The translations under genes were made by a program, and so were the position numbers. From Eledone cirrhosa (Eukaryota): DNA of 64,000 bases. The stretch is from assembly GCA_964016885.1 (NCBI GenBank), contig OZ024743.1:343852001-343916000 (forward strand), in the 5' to 3' direction. Shown one piece after another: positions 26,314 through 41,063 of this stretch (position 1 is its first letter; each line of letters begins with the position of its first letter). The notes beneath the pieces were generated by a model, which ran no database searches, was not told the origin of the DNA, and saw only the letters and a list, made by a program, of their open reading frames with translations.

Positions 26314-26880
26314 GGGCGGTGATTGGCAGTATTGGTAGAGTCGGATACCATGCTTTGCAGCATAGAGTTACGGCCCTTTACGGTCTGCGTTCAAATCCCG
26401 CCGAGGTTAACTTTACCTTTCATCATTACGAGGTCGATAAAATAAAGTACCAGTCATGCACTGGGGTCGATTGAATCGTCTTTCCCCTCCCTCAAAATTG
26501 TTGGTCTTGTGCCTATATAAGAAACCATTATTAAGCTCACCATGCTTTGGTGCATAGAGTTACGGCCCTTGCCATTCTGAGTTCAAATCCCGTCGAAGTT
26601 AACTTTGCCTTTCATCCTTACGGGGTCGATAAAATAAAGTACCAGTAATGTACTGGGTATTTGCTGGCCTTGTGCCAAAAGTAGAAACAATTATTGTGCT
26701 TGGCAATATCGGTAGAGCGTCGGATACAATGCTTTGTAGCTTAATGTTACGGCCCTTTACGGTCTGAGTTCAAATGCCGCTGAGGTTAACTTTGCCTTTC
26801 ATCCTTACGGGGTCGATAAAATAAAGTACCAGTAATACACTGGGTATTTGCTGGCCTTGTGCCTAAAGTAGAAACAATTA
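26314..26880 (+). mobile_element. Three tandem family-1 SINEs
   Basis: Copies at 26314-26530, 26540-26690 and 26700-26880, each with B box and core. Confidence 0.9.
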
Positions 26881-27156
26881 TTAAGCTCGGGATTCCCACG
26901 AATTAACCAGATTTTAATGTAGTTTCAAATCCAATATTTGACGAAATAACACTATTTTAGACAAACATGCATCAGCTTTCACTTTTCATTCTTGGCAACC
27001 TTTTTGCCGAAACATAATTGACAAGCATGGACTTGCGACACGATATTCCGTGAATCAGACATACACACCATCTTACATTCATTACATCTTCAACACCACA
27101 CTATCATGCTCTTATAACACATGTGACTGAATCCTCGCTTCATTGTAATTGTCCCT

Positions 27157-27690
<534 letters not shown>

Positions 27691-27849
27691 CCATACACTC
27701 CCGACGGAGCCGTTTGGGTGAGAGAAGGGAAGAGAGAGCGAGAGAGAGAAAGAGGGTGAGGGGGAGAGAGATGGAGAGAGAGAGAGAGAATAGTTGGTAG
27801 TAGAGATGGCGATGGTGGTGGTCAAAATAGTGGTTGCGGTGGTAATAAC

Positions 27850-30800
27850 AGTGGTAGTGGTACTGGAGGTGGTACTGGAGGTGGTGGTGGAGGTGGTGGT
27901 GGAGTGGTGGTGGTGGAGGTGGTGGTGGAGGTGGTGCTGTGGTGGAGGTGCTGGAGGTGGTGCTGGAGGTGGTGGTGGAGTGGTGGTGCTGGAGGTGGTG
28001 GTGGAGGTGGTGGTGGAGGTGGTGGTGGAGTGGTGGTGGAGGTGGTGCTGGAGGTGGTGCTGGAGGTGGTGGTGGAGGTGGTGGTGGAGTGGTGGTGGTG
28101 GAGGTGGTGGTGGAGGTGGTGCTGTGGTGGAGGTGCTGGAGGTGGTGCTGGAGGTGGTGGTGGAGTGGTGGTGCTGGAGGTGGTGGTGGAGGTGGTGGTG
28201 GAGGTGGTGGTGGAGTGGTGGTGGAGGTGGTGCTGGAGGTGGTGCTGGAGGTGGTGGTGGAGGTGGTGCTGGAGGTGGTGGTGGGGTGGTGGTGGAGGTG
28301 GTGCTGGAGGTGGTGGTGGAGGTGGTGCTGGAGGTTGTGCTGGAGGTGGTGGTGGAGGTGGTGCTGGAGATGGTGCTGGAGGTGGTGCTGTGGTGGAGGT
28401 GGTGGTGGAGTGGTGGTGGAGGTGGTGCTGGAGGTTGTGCTGGAGGTGGTGGTGGAGGTGGTGCTGGAGGTGCTGGTGGGGTGGTGGTGGAGGTGGTGCT
28501 GGAGGTGGTGGTGGAGGTGGTGGTGGAGGTGGTGGTGGAGTGGTGGTGGAGGTGGTGCTGGAGGTGGTGCTGGAGGTGGTGGTGGAGGTGGTGCTGGAGG
28601 TGGTGGTGGAGGTGGTGCTGGAGGTGGTGGTGGAGGTGGTGGTGGAGGTGGTGGTGGAGTGGTGGTGGAGGTGGTGCTGGAGGTGGTGCTGGAGGTGGTG
28701 GTTGAGGTGGTGCTGGAGGTGGTGGTGGAGGTGGTGGTGGAGATGGTGGTGGAGTGGTGGTGGAGGTGGTGCTGGAGGTGGTGCTGGAGGTGGTGCTGTG
28801 TTGGAGGTGGTGCTGGAGGTGCTGTGGTGAAGGTGGTGCTGGAGGTGGTGCTGTGGTGGAGGTGGTGCTGTGGTGGAGGTGGTGCTGTGGTGGAGGTGGT
28901 GCTGTGGTGGAGGTGGTGCTGTGGTGGAGGTGGTACTGGCGGTGGTACTGGAGGTGATGCTGGAGGTGGTGCTGGAGGTGGTGCTGGAGGTGGTGTTGGA
29001 GGTGGTGGTGGGGTGGTGCTGGAGGTGGTGGATGGGTGGTGCTGGAGGTGGTGGTGAGGTGGTGGTGGAGGTGGTGCTGGAGGTGAATACAGGAGGTGGT
29101 GCTGGAGGTTGTGCTGGAGGTGGTGCTGGAGGTAGTGCTGGAGATGGTACTGGAGTGGTGCTGGAGGTGGTGCTGGAGGTGGTGGTGGGGTGGTGCTGGA
29201 GGTGGTGCTGGAGGTGGTGGTGGGGGTGGTGCTGGAGGTGGTGCTGGAGGTGGTGGTGGGGTGGTGGTGGAGGTGGTGCTGGAGATGGTGCTGGAGGTGG
29301 TGGTGGAGGTGGTGGTGGGGGTGGTGCTGGAGGTGGTGCTGGAGGTGGTGGTGGAGGTGGTGGTGGTGGTGGGGGTGGAGGTGGTGGTGGAGGTGGTAGT
29401 GGAGGTGGTGGTGGAGGTGGTGGTGGGGGTGGTGGTGGAGGTGGTGCTGTGGTGGTGCTGTGGTGGAGGTGGTGGTAGAGGTGGTACTGGAGGTGGTGCT
29501 GGAGGTGGTGGTGGAGGTGGTGGTGGAGGTGGTGGTGGAGGTGGTGCTGGAGGTGGTGCTGGAGGTGGTGGTGGAGGTGGTGGTGGAGGTGGTGCTGTGG
29601 TGGTGCTGGAGGTGGTGCTGGAGGTGGTGCTGGAGGTGGTGCTGGAGGTGGTGCTGTGTGGAGGTGGACTGGAGGTGGTACTGGAGGTGATGCTGGAGGT
29701 GGTGCTGGAGGTGGTGCTGTGGTGGAGGTGGTGCTGTGGTGGAGGTGGTGCTGTGGTGGAGGTGGTGCTGTGGTGGAGGTGGTACTGGAGGTGGTGCTGG
29801 AGGTGGTGCTGGAGGTGGTACTGGAGGTAGTGCTGGAGGTGGTGCTGGAGGTGGTGCTGGATGTGGTACTGGAGGTGGTGCTGTGGTGGAGGTGGACTGG
29901 AGGAGGTACTGGAGGTGGTGCTGGAGGTGGTGCTGGAGGTGGTGCTGTGGTGGAGGTGGTGCTGGAGGTGGTACTGGAGGTGGTGCTGGAGGTGGTACTG
30001 GAGGTGGTGCTGTGGTGGAGGTGGACTGGAGGTGGTACTGGAGGTGGTGCTGGAGGTGGTGCTGTGGTGGAGGTGGTGCTGGAGGTGCTGTGGTGAAGGT
30101 GGTGCTGGAGGTGGTGCTGTGGTGGAGGTGGTGCTGTGGTGGAGGTGGTGCTGTGGTGGAGGTGGTGCTGTGGTGGAGGTGGTGCTGTGGTGGAGGTGGT
30201 ACTGGCGGTGGTACTGGAGGTGATGCTGGAGGTGGTGCTGGAGGTGGTGCTGGAGGTGGTGTTGGAGGTGGTGGTGGGGTGGTGCTGGAGGTGGTGGATG
30301 GGTGGTGCTGGAGGTGGTGGTGAGGTGGTGGTGGAGGTGGTGCTGGAGGTGAATACTGGAGGTGGTGCTGGAGGTTGTGCTGGAGGTGGTGCTGGAGGTA
30401 GTGCTGGAGATGGTACTGGAGAGGTGCTGGAGGTGGTGCTGGAGGTGGTGGTGGGGTGGTGCTGGAGGTGGTGCTGGAGGTGGTGCTGGAGGTGGTACTG
30501 GAGGTGGTGCTGGCGGTGGTGCTGGAGGTGGTGGTGAGGTGGTGCTGGAGATGGTGGTGGGGTGGTGCTGGATGTGGTGCTGGAGGTGGTGCTGGAGGTG
30601 GTACTGGAGGTGGTGCTGGAGGTGGTACTAGAAGTGGTGCTGGAGGTGTTGATGGAGGTGGTGCTGGAGGTGGTGCTGAAGGTGGTGGTGGGGTGGTGCT
30701 GGAGGTGGTGCTGCAGGTGCTGTGCTGGAGGTGGTGCTGTGGTGGAGGTTGTGCTGGAGGTGGTGCTGGAAGTGGTGCTGCAGGTGGTGCTGCAGGTGCT

Positions 30801-33690
30801 GTGGTGGAGCTGGTACTGGAGGTGGTGGTGGGGTCGAGGTGGTGCTGGAGGTGGTGCTGGAGGTGGTATTTGAGGTGGTGCTGTAGTGGAGGTGGTGCTG
30901 GAGGTGGTGCTGGAGGTGGTGGTGGGGTGGTGCTGGAGGTGGTGCTGGAGGTGGTGCTGGAGGTGGTACTGGAGGTGGTGCTGGCGGTGGTGCTGGAGGT
31001 GGTGGTGAGGTGGTGCTGGAGATGGTGGTGGGGTGGTGCTGGATGTGGTGCTGGAGGTGGTGCTGGAGGTGGTACTGGAGGTGGTGCTGGAGGTGGTACT
31101 AGAAGTGGTGCTGGAGGTGGTGCTGGAGGTGGTGCTGGAGGTGGTACTGGAGGTGGTGCTGGAGGTGTTACTAGAAGTGGTGCTGGAGGTGGTGCTGGAG
31201 GTGGTGGTGGGGTGGTGCTGGAGGTGGTGATGGAGGTGGTGCTGGAGGTGGTGCTGGAGGTGGTGATGGAGGTGGTGCTGGAAGTGGTGCTGAAGGTGGT
31301 GGTGGGGTGGTGCTGGAGGTGGTGCTGCAGGTGCTGTGCTGGAGGTGGTGCTGTGGTGGAGGTTGTGCTGGAGGTGGTGCTGGAAGTGGTGCTGCAGGTG
31401 GTGCTGCAGGTGCTGTGGTGGAGCTGGTACTGGAGGTGGTGGTGGGGTCGAGGTGGTGCTGGAGGTGGTGCTGGAGGTGGTATTTGAGGTGGTGCTGTAG
31501 TGGAGGTGGTGCTGGAGGTGGTGCTGGAGGTGGTGGTGTGGTGGAGGTGGAGCTGGAGGTGGTACTGGAGGTGGTGCTGGAGGTGGTGGTGGGGTGGTGC
31601 TGGAGGTGGTGCTGCAGGTGCTGTGCTGGAGGTGGTGCTGTGGTGGAGGTTGTGCTGGAGGTGGTGCTGGAAGTGGTGCTGCAGGTGGTGCTGCAGGTGC
31701 TGTGGTGGAGCTGGTACTGGAGGTGGTGGTGGGGTCGAGGTGGTGCTGGAGGTGGTATTTGAGGTGGTGCTGTAGTGGAGGTGGTGCTGGAGGTGGTGCT
31801 GGAGGTGGTGGTGTGGTGGAGGTGGAGCTGGAGGTGGTACTGGAGGTGGTGCTGGAGGTGGTACTGGAGGTGGTGCTGTGGTGGAGGTGGACTGGAGGTG
31901 GTACTGGAGGTGGTGCTGGAGGTGGTGCTGGAGGTGGTGCTGTGGTGGAGTTGGTGCTGTGGTGGAGGTGGTACTGGAGGTGGTGCTGGAGGTGGTGCTG
32001 GAGGTGCTGTGGTGAAGGTGGTGCTGGAGCTGGTGCTGTGGTGGAGGTGGTGCTGTGGTGGAGGTGGTGCTGTGGTGGAGGTGGTGCTGTGGTGGAGGTG
32101 GTGCTGTGGTGGAGGTGGTGCTGTGGTGGAGGTGGTACTGGCGGTGGTACTGGAGGTGATGCTGGAGGTGGTGCTGGAGGTGGTGCTGGAGGTGGTGTTG
32201 GAGGTGGTGGTGGGGTGGTGCTGGAGGTGGTGGAGGGGTGGTGCTGGAGGTGGTGGTGAGGTGGTGGTGGAGGTGGTGCTGGAGGTGAATACTGGAGGTG
32301 GTGCTGGAGGTTGTGCTGGAGGTGGTGCTGGAGGTAGTGCTGGAGATGGTACTGGAGTGGTGCTGGAGGTGGTGCTGGAGGTGGTGGTGGGGTGGTGCTG
32401 GAGGTGGTGCTGGAGGTGGTGCTGGAGGTGGTACTGGAGGTGGTGCTGGCGGTGGTGCTGGAGGTGGTGGTGAGGTGGTGCTGGAGATGGTGGTGGGGTG
32501 GTGCTGGATGTGGTGCTGGAGGTGGTGCTGGAGGTGGTACTGGAGGTGGTACTGGAGGTGGTACTAGAAGTGGTGCTGGAGGTGGTGCTGGAGGTGGTGG
32601 TGGGGTGGTGCTGGAGGTGGTGATGGAGGTGGTGCTGGAGGTGGTGCTGGAGGTGGTGCTGGAGGTGGTGATGGAGGTGGTGCTGGAGGTGGTGCTGAAG
32701 GTGGTGGTGGGGTGGTGCTGGAGGTGGTGCTGCAGGTGCTGTGCTGGAGGTGGTGCTGTGGTGGAGGTTGTGCTGGAGGTGGTGCTGGAAGTGGTGCTGC
32801 AGGTGGTGCTGCAGGTGCTGTGGTCGAGCTGGTACTGGAGGTGGTGGTGGGGTCGAGGTGGTGCTGGAGGTGGTGCTGGAGGTGGTATTTGAGGTGGTGC
32901 TGTAGTGGAGGTGGTGCTGGAGGTGGTGCTGGAGGTGGTTCTGGAGGTGGTGCTGGAGGTGGTGGTGGAGGTGGTATTTGAGCTGGTGCTGTAGTGGAGG
33001 TGGTGCTGGAGGTGGTGCTGGAGGTGGTGCTGGAGGTGGTGATGGAGGTGGTGCTGGAGGTGGTGCTGCAGGTGCTGTGGTGGAGGGGTGCTTGAGGTGG
33101 TGCGGGGGGTGGAGGTGATACTGGAGGTGGTGCAGGAGGAGGTGCTGGAGGTGGTGCTGGAAGTGGTACTGGAGGTGGTGCTGGAGGTGGTGCTGGAGGT
33201 GGTACTGGAGGTGGTGCTGGAGGTGGTGCTGGAGGTGGTGCTGGAGGTGGTACTGGAGGTCGTGATGGAGGTGGTGTTGGAGGTGGTACTGGAGGTGGTG
33301 CTGGAGGTGGTGCTGTGGTGGAGGTGGTGCTGGATCTGGTGCTGGAGGTGGTGCTGGAGGTGGTGTTGGAGGTGGTGTTGTGGTGGAGGTGGTGCTGGAG
33401 GTGGTGCTGGAGGTGGTGGTAGATGTGGTGCTGGGGTGGAGGTGGTACTGTAGGTGTTGCTGAGGTGGTGCTGGAGGTGGTACTGGAGGTGGTGCTGGAG
33501 GTGGTGCTGTGGTGGAGGTGGTGCTGGAGGTGCTGTGCTGGAGGTGGAGTTGGTTGTGGAGATGGTGGTGGTAGTGGTGGCGGTGGAATTGGTAGTGGTG
33601 GAATTGGTAGTGGTGGCGGTGGTGGAATTGGTAGTGGGGGTGGTAGTGGAGTTGATGGTGGAGATGGTGGTGGTGTTGGAGTTGGTGGTG
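27850..33690. repeat. ~5.9-kb GGT-derived complex satellite (GGTGGTGCTGGA / GGTGGTGCTGTGGTGGA units) with higher-order duplications
   Basis: Near-identical ORF translations recur at offsets of 1266, 1936, 471 and 287 bp. Confidence 0.95.
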
Positions 33691-33989
33691 GCGGGGATAA
33701 AGACGGTAATAGCAATGACAAAGCATAATAGCTGTATCGGTGTTTGAACTCTTAATCTTGCAATGAAGAGGTTAAGAGGTGGGGTCACCAGTGCTGAACT
33801 TTAGAACCATTCTACCATAATGCCTTCTATATTACTAATTATCCCTGAAATTGTCTACTCGCTTCCATGACATCATTTCGTCATTGTACAGATGGTGGTG
33901 GTTAGGTTAGTGATGGAAGTAATGGCGGTTAGGTAGCGGTAGTTGTAATTGTTGTAGTGGTGTTAACAGTGGTGATTGTTGTAGTAGTG

Positions 33990-34715
33990 GTAGTGGTTGT
34001 GAAGGTGGTGGTGATTGTGTTAGTATTGGTGGAAGTAGTAGTGGTTTGGTGACGGTAGTAGTATTAGTGATAGTAGTGGTGGTAGTTGTAGTAATGGTAG
34101 TGGTTGTGTAGGTGGTGTTGATTGTGTTAGTATTGGTGGAAGTAGTAGTGGTTTGGTGACGGTAGTAGTATTAGTGATAGTAGTGGTGGTAGTTGTAGTA
34201 ATGGTAGTGGTTGTGTAGGTGGTGTTGATTGTGTTAGTATTGGTGGAAGTAGTAGTGGTTTGGTGACGGTAGTAGTATTAGTGATAGTAGTGGTGGTAGT
34301 TGTAGTAATGGTAGTGGTTGTGTAGGTGGTGTTGATTGTGTTAGTATTGGTGGAAGTAGTAGTGGTTTGGTGACGGTAGTAGTATTAGTGATAGTAGTGG
34401 TGGTAGTTGTAGTAATGGTAGTGGTTGTGTAGGTGGTGTTGATTGTGTTAGTATTGGTGGAAGTAGTAGTGGTTTGGTGACGGTAGTAGTATTAGTGATA
34501 GTAGTGGTGGTAGTTGTAGTAATGGTAGTGGTTGTGTAGGTGGTGTTGATTGTGTTAGTATTGGTGGAAGTAGTAGTGGTTTGGTGACGGTAGTAGTATT
34601 AGTGATAGTAGTGGTGGTAGTTGTAGTAATGGTAGTGGTTGTGTAGGTGGTGTTGATTGTGTTAGTATTGGTGGAAGTAGTAGTGGTTTGGTGACGGTAG
34701 TAGCATTAGTGATAG
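33990..34715. repeat. 107-bp tandem repeat x ~6.7
   Basis: GATTGTGTTAGTATTGG recurs at 34013, 34120, 34227, 34334, 34441, 34548 and 34655. Confidence 0.95.
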
Positions 34716-34989
34716 TAGTGGTGTTAATAGTGGTGGAAGTGGTAGTTATAGTAATGATAGTAGTGGTGTTAATAGTGGTGGTAATAGTGGCAAGGGTAGT
34801 AGTAGCAGTGGTAGTGTTGGTGAAAGCGGTGATGGTAGCAGTGCTGGTAGTATTGGTAGTAAAGTTGATAATGATAGTGGTGGTTGTGGTGGAAACTATG
34901 GGGGGGGGGTTGGAGACGTTAGTTGGGTTAGTAATAGAAGTCGTGGTATTAGTAGTGCTGGTGAAGATGGTGATTGTAGTGGTAGTAGT

Positions 34990-35850
34990 TTTGAGGGTGG
35001 TCATAGTAGTGTTGATAGTGGTGATGGTGGTAGTGGTGGTGGTGGTGGTGTTGGTGTTAGTATTGAGTGTAGTTGTGGTGGAAGTAGTAGTGGTGGTGGT
35101 GTTAACATTTGTGGTGTTGGTGTTAGTATTGATTGTAGTTGTGATGGAAGTGGTAGTGGTAGTGTTGAGAGTGGCGGTGGTGGTGGTAGTGGTGGTGGTG
35201 GTGGTGTTGATGTTAGTATTGAGTGTAGTTGTGGTGGAAGTGGTAGTGGTAGTGTTGAGAGTGGCGGTGGTGGTGGTAGTGGTGGTGGTGGTGGTGTTGA
35301 TGTTAGTATTGATTGTAGTTGTGGTGGAAGTGGTAGTGGTAGTGTTGAGAATGGCGGTGGTGGTGGTAGTGGTGGTGTTGGTGTTAGTATTGAGTGTAGT
35401 TGTGGTGGAAGTAGTAGTGGTGGCGGTGTTAACATTTGTGGTGTTGGTGTTGATGTTAGTATTGAGTGTAGTTGTGGTGGAAGTGGAAGTGGTAGTGTTG
35501 GTAGTGGTGTTGGTGGTGTTGGTGGTGTTGGTGGTGTTGGTGTTAGTATTGAGTGTAGTTGTGGTGGAAGTGGAAGTGGTAGTGGTAGTGTTGGTAGTGG
35601 TGTTGGTGGTGTTGGTGGTGTTGGTGTTAGTATTGAGTGTAGTTGTGGTGAAAGTGGAAGTGGTAGTGGTAGTGTTGGTTGTGGTGGTAGTGGTGTTGGT
35701 GGTGTTGGTGGTGTTGGTGTTAGTATTGAGTGTAGTTGTGGTGGAAGTGGAAGTGGTAGTGTTGGTAGTGGTGTTGGTGGTGTTGGTGGTGTTGGTGTTA
35801 GTATTGACTGTAGTTGTGGTGAAAGTAGTAGTGGTAGTGGTAGTGGAGTT
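34990..35850. repeat. Degenerate GTA/GTG minisatellite with a TGTTAGTATTGAGTGTAGTTGTGGTGGAAG anchor
   Basis: Anchor recurs ~11 times with variable spacing. Confidence 0.85.
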
Positions 35851-36399
35851 AAGAATAGTAGTGGTGGTTGTGGAAGTACTGAGACGAGGTAATACTAATG
35901 TCAGTAGTAGAGGAGCTGCTGATGGTCATGGTAATGGTGTTGAGTTGATCGTCATGGTGGTGGCAGTAGAAGTGATAATGCTGATGACAGCCTTTTCAGA
36001 AAATGCTGTTTCACGTTGTATTGCACACGAGAAATCTGTGTTCAATTGTCTTTACACATTTCATGTGTAATGTTGTCAGTTATGACTGTCTAATGTACAA
36101 TTGTAGATGAAATAAGGAGGAAATATTTGTTAAGGCAAGCTGCTATCAATCTATATATCTCTGATCATCACCTCGTCAATCTACTTCCACCTCTGTCCTC
36201 TGTCGTTTGTAAATAACCTTAGCCTAGCATTCTATACACATCACTTCATGGTCGTCTGCCATTCCACTCCCCCTCTTTCTTCCTATCTCCCTCAATCCAT
36301 TCCTCACAGCCACCACCACCACCCACATTTTTTCTTTGGGATACTCTCACTGCGTTTCTCTCTTTATCTCACTTCATCTTTCTCCCACTCTTCCCCATT

Positions 36400-36400
36400 T

Positions 36401-36499
<99 letters not shown>

Positions 36500-36588
36500 T
36501 TCTCTCTGTCTCTCTCTGTCTCTATCTGTGTCTGTCTGTCTGTCTCTCTCTCTGTCTCTCTTTCTCTCTGTCTCTCTCTTTGTCTGTC

Positions 36589-36647
<59 letters not shown>

Positions 36648-36658
36648 GTCTTTCTCTG

Positions 36659-36707
<49 letters not shown>

Positions 36708-36836
36708 CTCTCTTTCTCTCTGTCTTTCTCTGTGTCTGTCTCTCTCTCTCTCTCTCTGTGTCTCTCTTTCTCTCTGTCTTTCTCTGTGTCTGTCTCTCTC
36801 TCTCTCTCTGTCTCTCTTTCTCTCTGTCTCTCTCTG

Positions 36837-36893
<57 letters not shown>

Positions 36894-37317
36894 TTCTCTC
36901 TGTCTTTCTCTGTGTCTGTCTCTCTCTCACTGTGTCTTTCACTACTCCCCCCGTATCTTTCTATATGTTTCTTTCCCTTTCATTCCTTTCTTTCTCTTTC
37001 TCCTCACTTCTTCATTTCTCTCTTACTGTTGGTAGGCCGTTCTTCTTCTTCTTCTTCTTCTTCTTCTTCTTCTTCTTCTTCTTCTTCTTCTTCTTCTTTT
37101 TCTTCTTCTTCTTCTTCTTCTTCTTCTTCTTCTTCTTCTTCTTCTTCTTCTTCTTCTTCTTCTTCTTCTTCTTCTTCTTCTTTGCTGTTATAGTAATTGT
37201 TGTTTTGCTGTGTTTACTGTTGTTATTGCTATCATAGTACTCTCTCTCTCTTCTTACTCTATCTATCTCATCTCCTTTCATCTATTACCTCCGCTAACGC
37301 CGTACATCCCGCATAAT

Positions 37318-37348
<31 letters not shown>

Positions 37349-37401
37349 CACACACACACAAACACAGACACACAAATACAGACACACACACAAAACACAC
37401 A

Positions 37402-37452
<51 letters not shown>

Positions 37453-37483
37453 ACACCCGCACACACACACTCACACACACACG

Positions 37484-37521
<38 letters not shown>

Positions 37522-37676
37522 GACACACAAATACAGACACACACACAAAACACACACAAACACACACACACACACACACAGACACAAAAACACACACTCA
37601 CTCATACACACGCACACACACACTTAAACACGAACACACCCATACAAACACACACACACACAAACACACATGTTTT

Positions 37677-37718
<42 letters not shown>

Positions 37719-37720
37719 GG
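36400..37720. repeat. (TCTA)n, (CT)n/(CTGT)n, (TTC)n, (CA)n and (GA)n tracts
   Basis: Direct reading. Confidence 0.95.
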
Positions 37721-37960
37721 TGTAGAGAGAAATACGAAAGTGGAGATAGAGGGGGAGGAGGAGATTGGGAGAGAGAGAGATACTCACTCTCTCTCTCCTC
37801 TCATGTCTCTTATGTTCTCTATATACATACAATCATTTTTACTCCCTTCTTCAACCCTTTCCCCGCCTCCAACATACCGAGAAGAAAAGAAGAAAAAGTG
37901 ATAGAAACAAAGATGGCTGCCATTTTGCTTTTTGTTGTCCAACTTAACAAGATGGCCTTA

Positions 37961-37961
<1 letters not shown>

Positions 37962-38018
<57 letters not shown>

Positions 38019-38116
38019 ACATATTTATCGATGCGTGTGTATACTTGAGGGTGTGTGAATATGTTTGCAAATAAATGTGTGCTTGGGTGTGTGTTTGTTT
38101 GTGTGTGTGTGTATGA

Positions 38117-38147
<31 letters not shown>

Positions 38148-38246
38148 CACATATTTATCGATGCGTGTGTATACTTGAGGGTGTGTGAATATGTTTGCAA
38201 ATAAATGTGTGCTTGCGTGTGTGTTTGTTTGTGTGTGTGTGTATGT

Positions 38247-38284
<38 letters not shown>

Positions 38285-38374
38285 ACATATTTATCGATGC
38301 GTGTGTATACTTGAGGGTGTGTGAATATGTTTGCAAATAAATGTATGCTTGGATGTGTGTTTGTTTGTGTGTGT

Positions 38375-38407
<33 letters not shown>

Positions 38408-38496
38408 AGTGTGTGTGTGTGTATGCACATATTTATCGATGCGTGTGTATACTTGAGGGTGTGTGAATATGTTTGCAAATAAATGTGTGCTTGCGT

Positions 38497-38560
<64 letters not shown>
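37962..38560. repeat. ~130-140 bp tandem repeat x4 (unique ~70-bp core plus variable (GT)n)
   Basis: GCACATATTTATCGATGCG...GCAAATAAATG at ~38017, 38147, 38283 and 38424. Confidence 0.9.
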
Positions 38561-39759
38561 TTGTTGTGTGGATATTCATACACTTACACGCACACACACA
38601 CACGCACATATATCAAACATATTCCCCCGCTTTAAATATGTATGTATGTATGTACGTACGTACACATGTATGTATATATGTATATATGAATGTATGTATA
38701 TATGTATGTATGCATGCATGTATGTATGTTCTTCTGGTTTTATGTATGTATCTATGTATGTATGCATGTATGTGTATATATATATATACACTATATATAT
38801 ATATATACACATATATATATATATATAGTAATAATAAATATATATATATATAAACATACATGCACACACAAATGAATATGTATTTGTTTAGGTACATGTT
38901 TGCAATTGTCTATATGTGTAAACGATTGCATATTGTGCCAGTGTATTGTGTGTGTATAAATATGAGTTTATAAACGTATAAGCGTTATTGTACATATATA
39001 TTATCTGTGTGTGTGTGTACGTGTGTGTGTGAGAGTGTTTATACATAAATACATAAATGATGTGCGTGTGCAAATGTATATATGTATGTATATATGTATG
39101 TATATATGTATGTATGTGTGTATGTATGTATGTGTGTATATATATATATATATGTGTGTGTCTATGTGTGTGTCTATGTGTGTGTATGTGTGCGTGTGTG
39201 TAAGTGTGTAAATATGAATTTGTGTGCACGTGGACATTACACGGTCAGGGTTGGAGGGAGGGGCAATTACTGACATTGTTATCGTCTGCCAGCCATTTTA
39301 AACGAAGACATGGCGGTGTAGAAAGAACTAAAGCTAAATATGAACTTACTGATTATTTGCATCCTTTTAGCAATTTCCCCGACAATTATGATTGCAAGGT
39401 CAACAAGACTTCAGCAAACATTTCACAAACAAAATGAATAACTTAATATTTTTCTGACATGTCCGTCACCACTCGTAATATGTCATGATCCAATTTGACT
39501 TCGGCTGTTTCGAAGTTATGCGGTCTGTCGGCCGGTCAGATAGCGGGCTGGCTGGTTGGCTGGTTGCTTGGCTGGCCGGTGAATAGCACACACAGGGATA
39601 CATGCAGACATATGCACACATATATGCTTACATAAATACACATACACGCACATGCATATATATATATATAGATGTGATAGCATATGTGGGTATGTATGTG
39701 TGTGGGTTTGAGAATGAGAGAAAGAGAGAGAAAGAAAGCTATATATATATATATATATA

Positions 39760-40177
<418 letters not shown>

Positions 40178-40241
40178 CTAGGGAGTGTAACTTGGAGTTA
40201 CACTCGATGTTTAGGTTCATTTCTGTGTCGAGGTGTAGAGC

Positions 40242-40348
<107 letters not shown>

Positions 40349-40634
40349 GAATGTATGTATAGTATATTTGGCAATATACCGTATGTTTAATTAAAAATAT
40401 TTTGAAGACCATACGCTATTGGTTTTAAAGTAGTGACTATGTCACTTACTTCTTTTCGGCGAAAGAAGGGAGAGAAGCTGACACTCTGTTTGACGCTGTT
40501 TGACGATCATCAGAACCACGCACTCCCTGCTTCCGCAGAAAATTATAGAAGCTGGATTCTTATAGAATTCCAGTAATAATCAGAAGCAGATTATACAGAG
40601 CGATTGCCGGTCCAGCCCCCCCCCTAATATATAG

Positions 40635-40747
<113 letters not shown>

Positions 40748-40764
40748 ATATTATATATATATGA

Positions 40765-40980
40765 AGGCGTGTAGCTGAGTGGTTAGAGAATTGGATTCAC
40801 AATGTTGAGTTTGTGAGTTCGATTCCTGGACCGGGCGATGCGTTATGTCCTTGAGCAAGACACTTTATTTCACGTTGCTCCTTCTACCTAGAGTTGCGAC
40901 CGATAGATAGTACTAGCAACTGGAAAGACCAACGGAAACATTGTTTCCTCGGTCCGATTTGACGAAAGTCGATCGATCCT
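40765..40980 (+). mobile_element. Family-2 SINE
   Basis: A box TAGCTGAGTGG, B box GAGTTCGATTCC; matches 50828-51037. Confidence 0.9.
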
Positions 40981-40981
40981 T

Positions 40982-41063
<82 letters not shown>

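Noticed and set aside
34688-36070. 460-aa Val/Leu-rich ORF resembling a membrane protein
   Set aside because: Arises from the GTG/GTA minisatellite.
33990-38560. CRISPR-like regular repeats
   Set aside because: Units are contiguous or separated by microsatellite rather than unique spacers; eukaryotic context with no cas genes.
40765-40835. tRNA genes at SINE heads (also 4630-4697, 50828-50890, 26314-26405)
   Set aside because: A and B boxes are present but no full cloverleaf; each continues into a SINE body.
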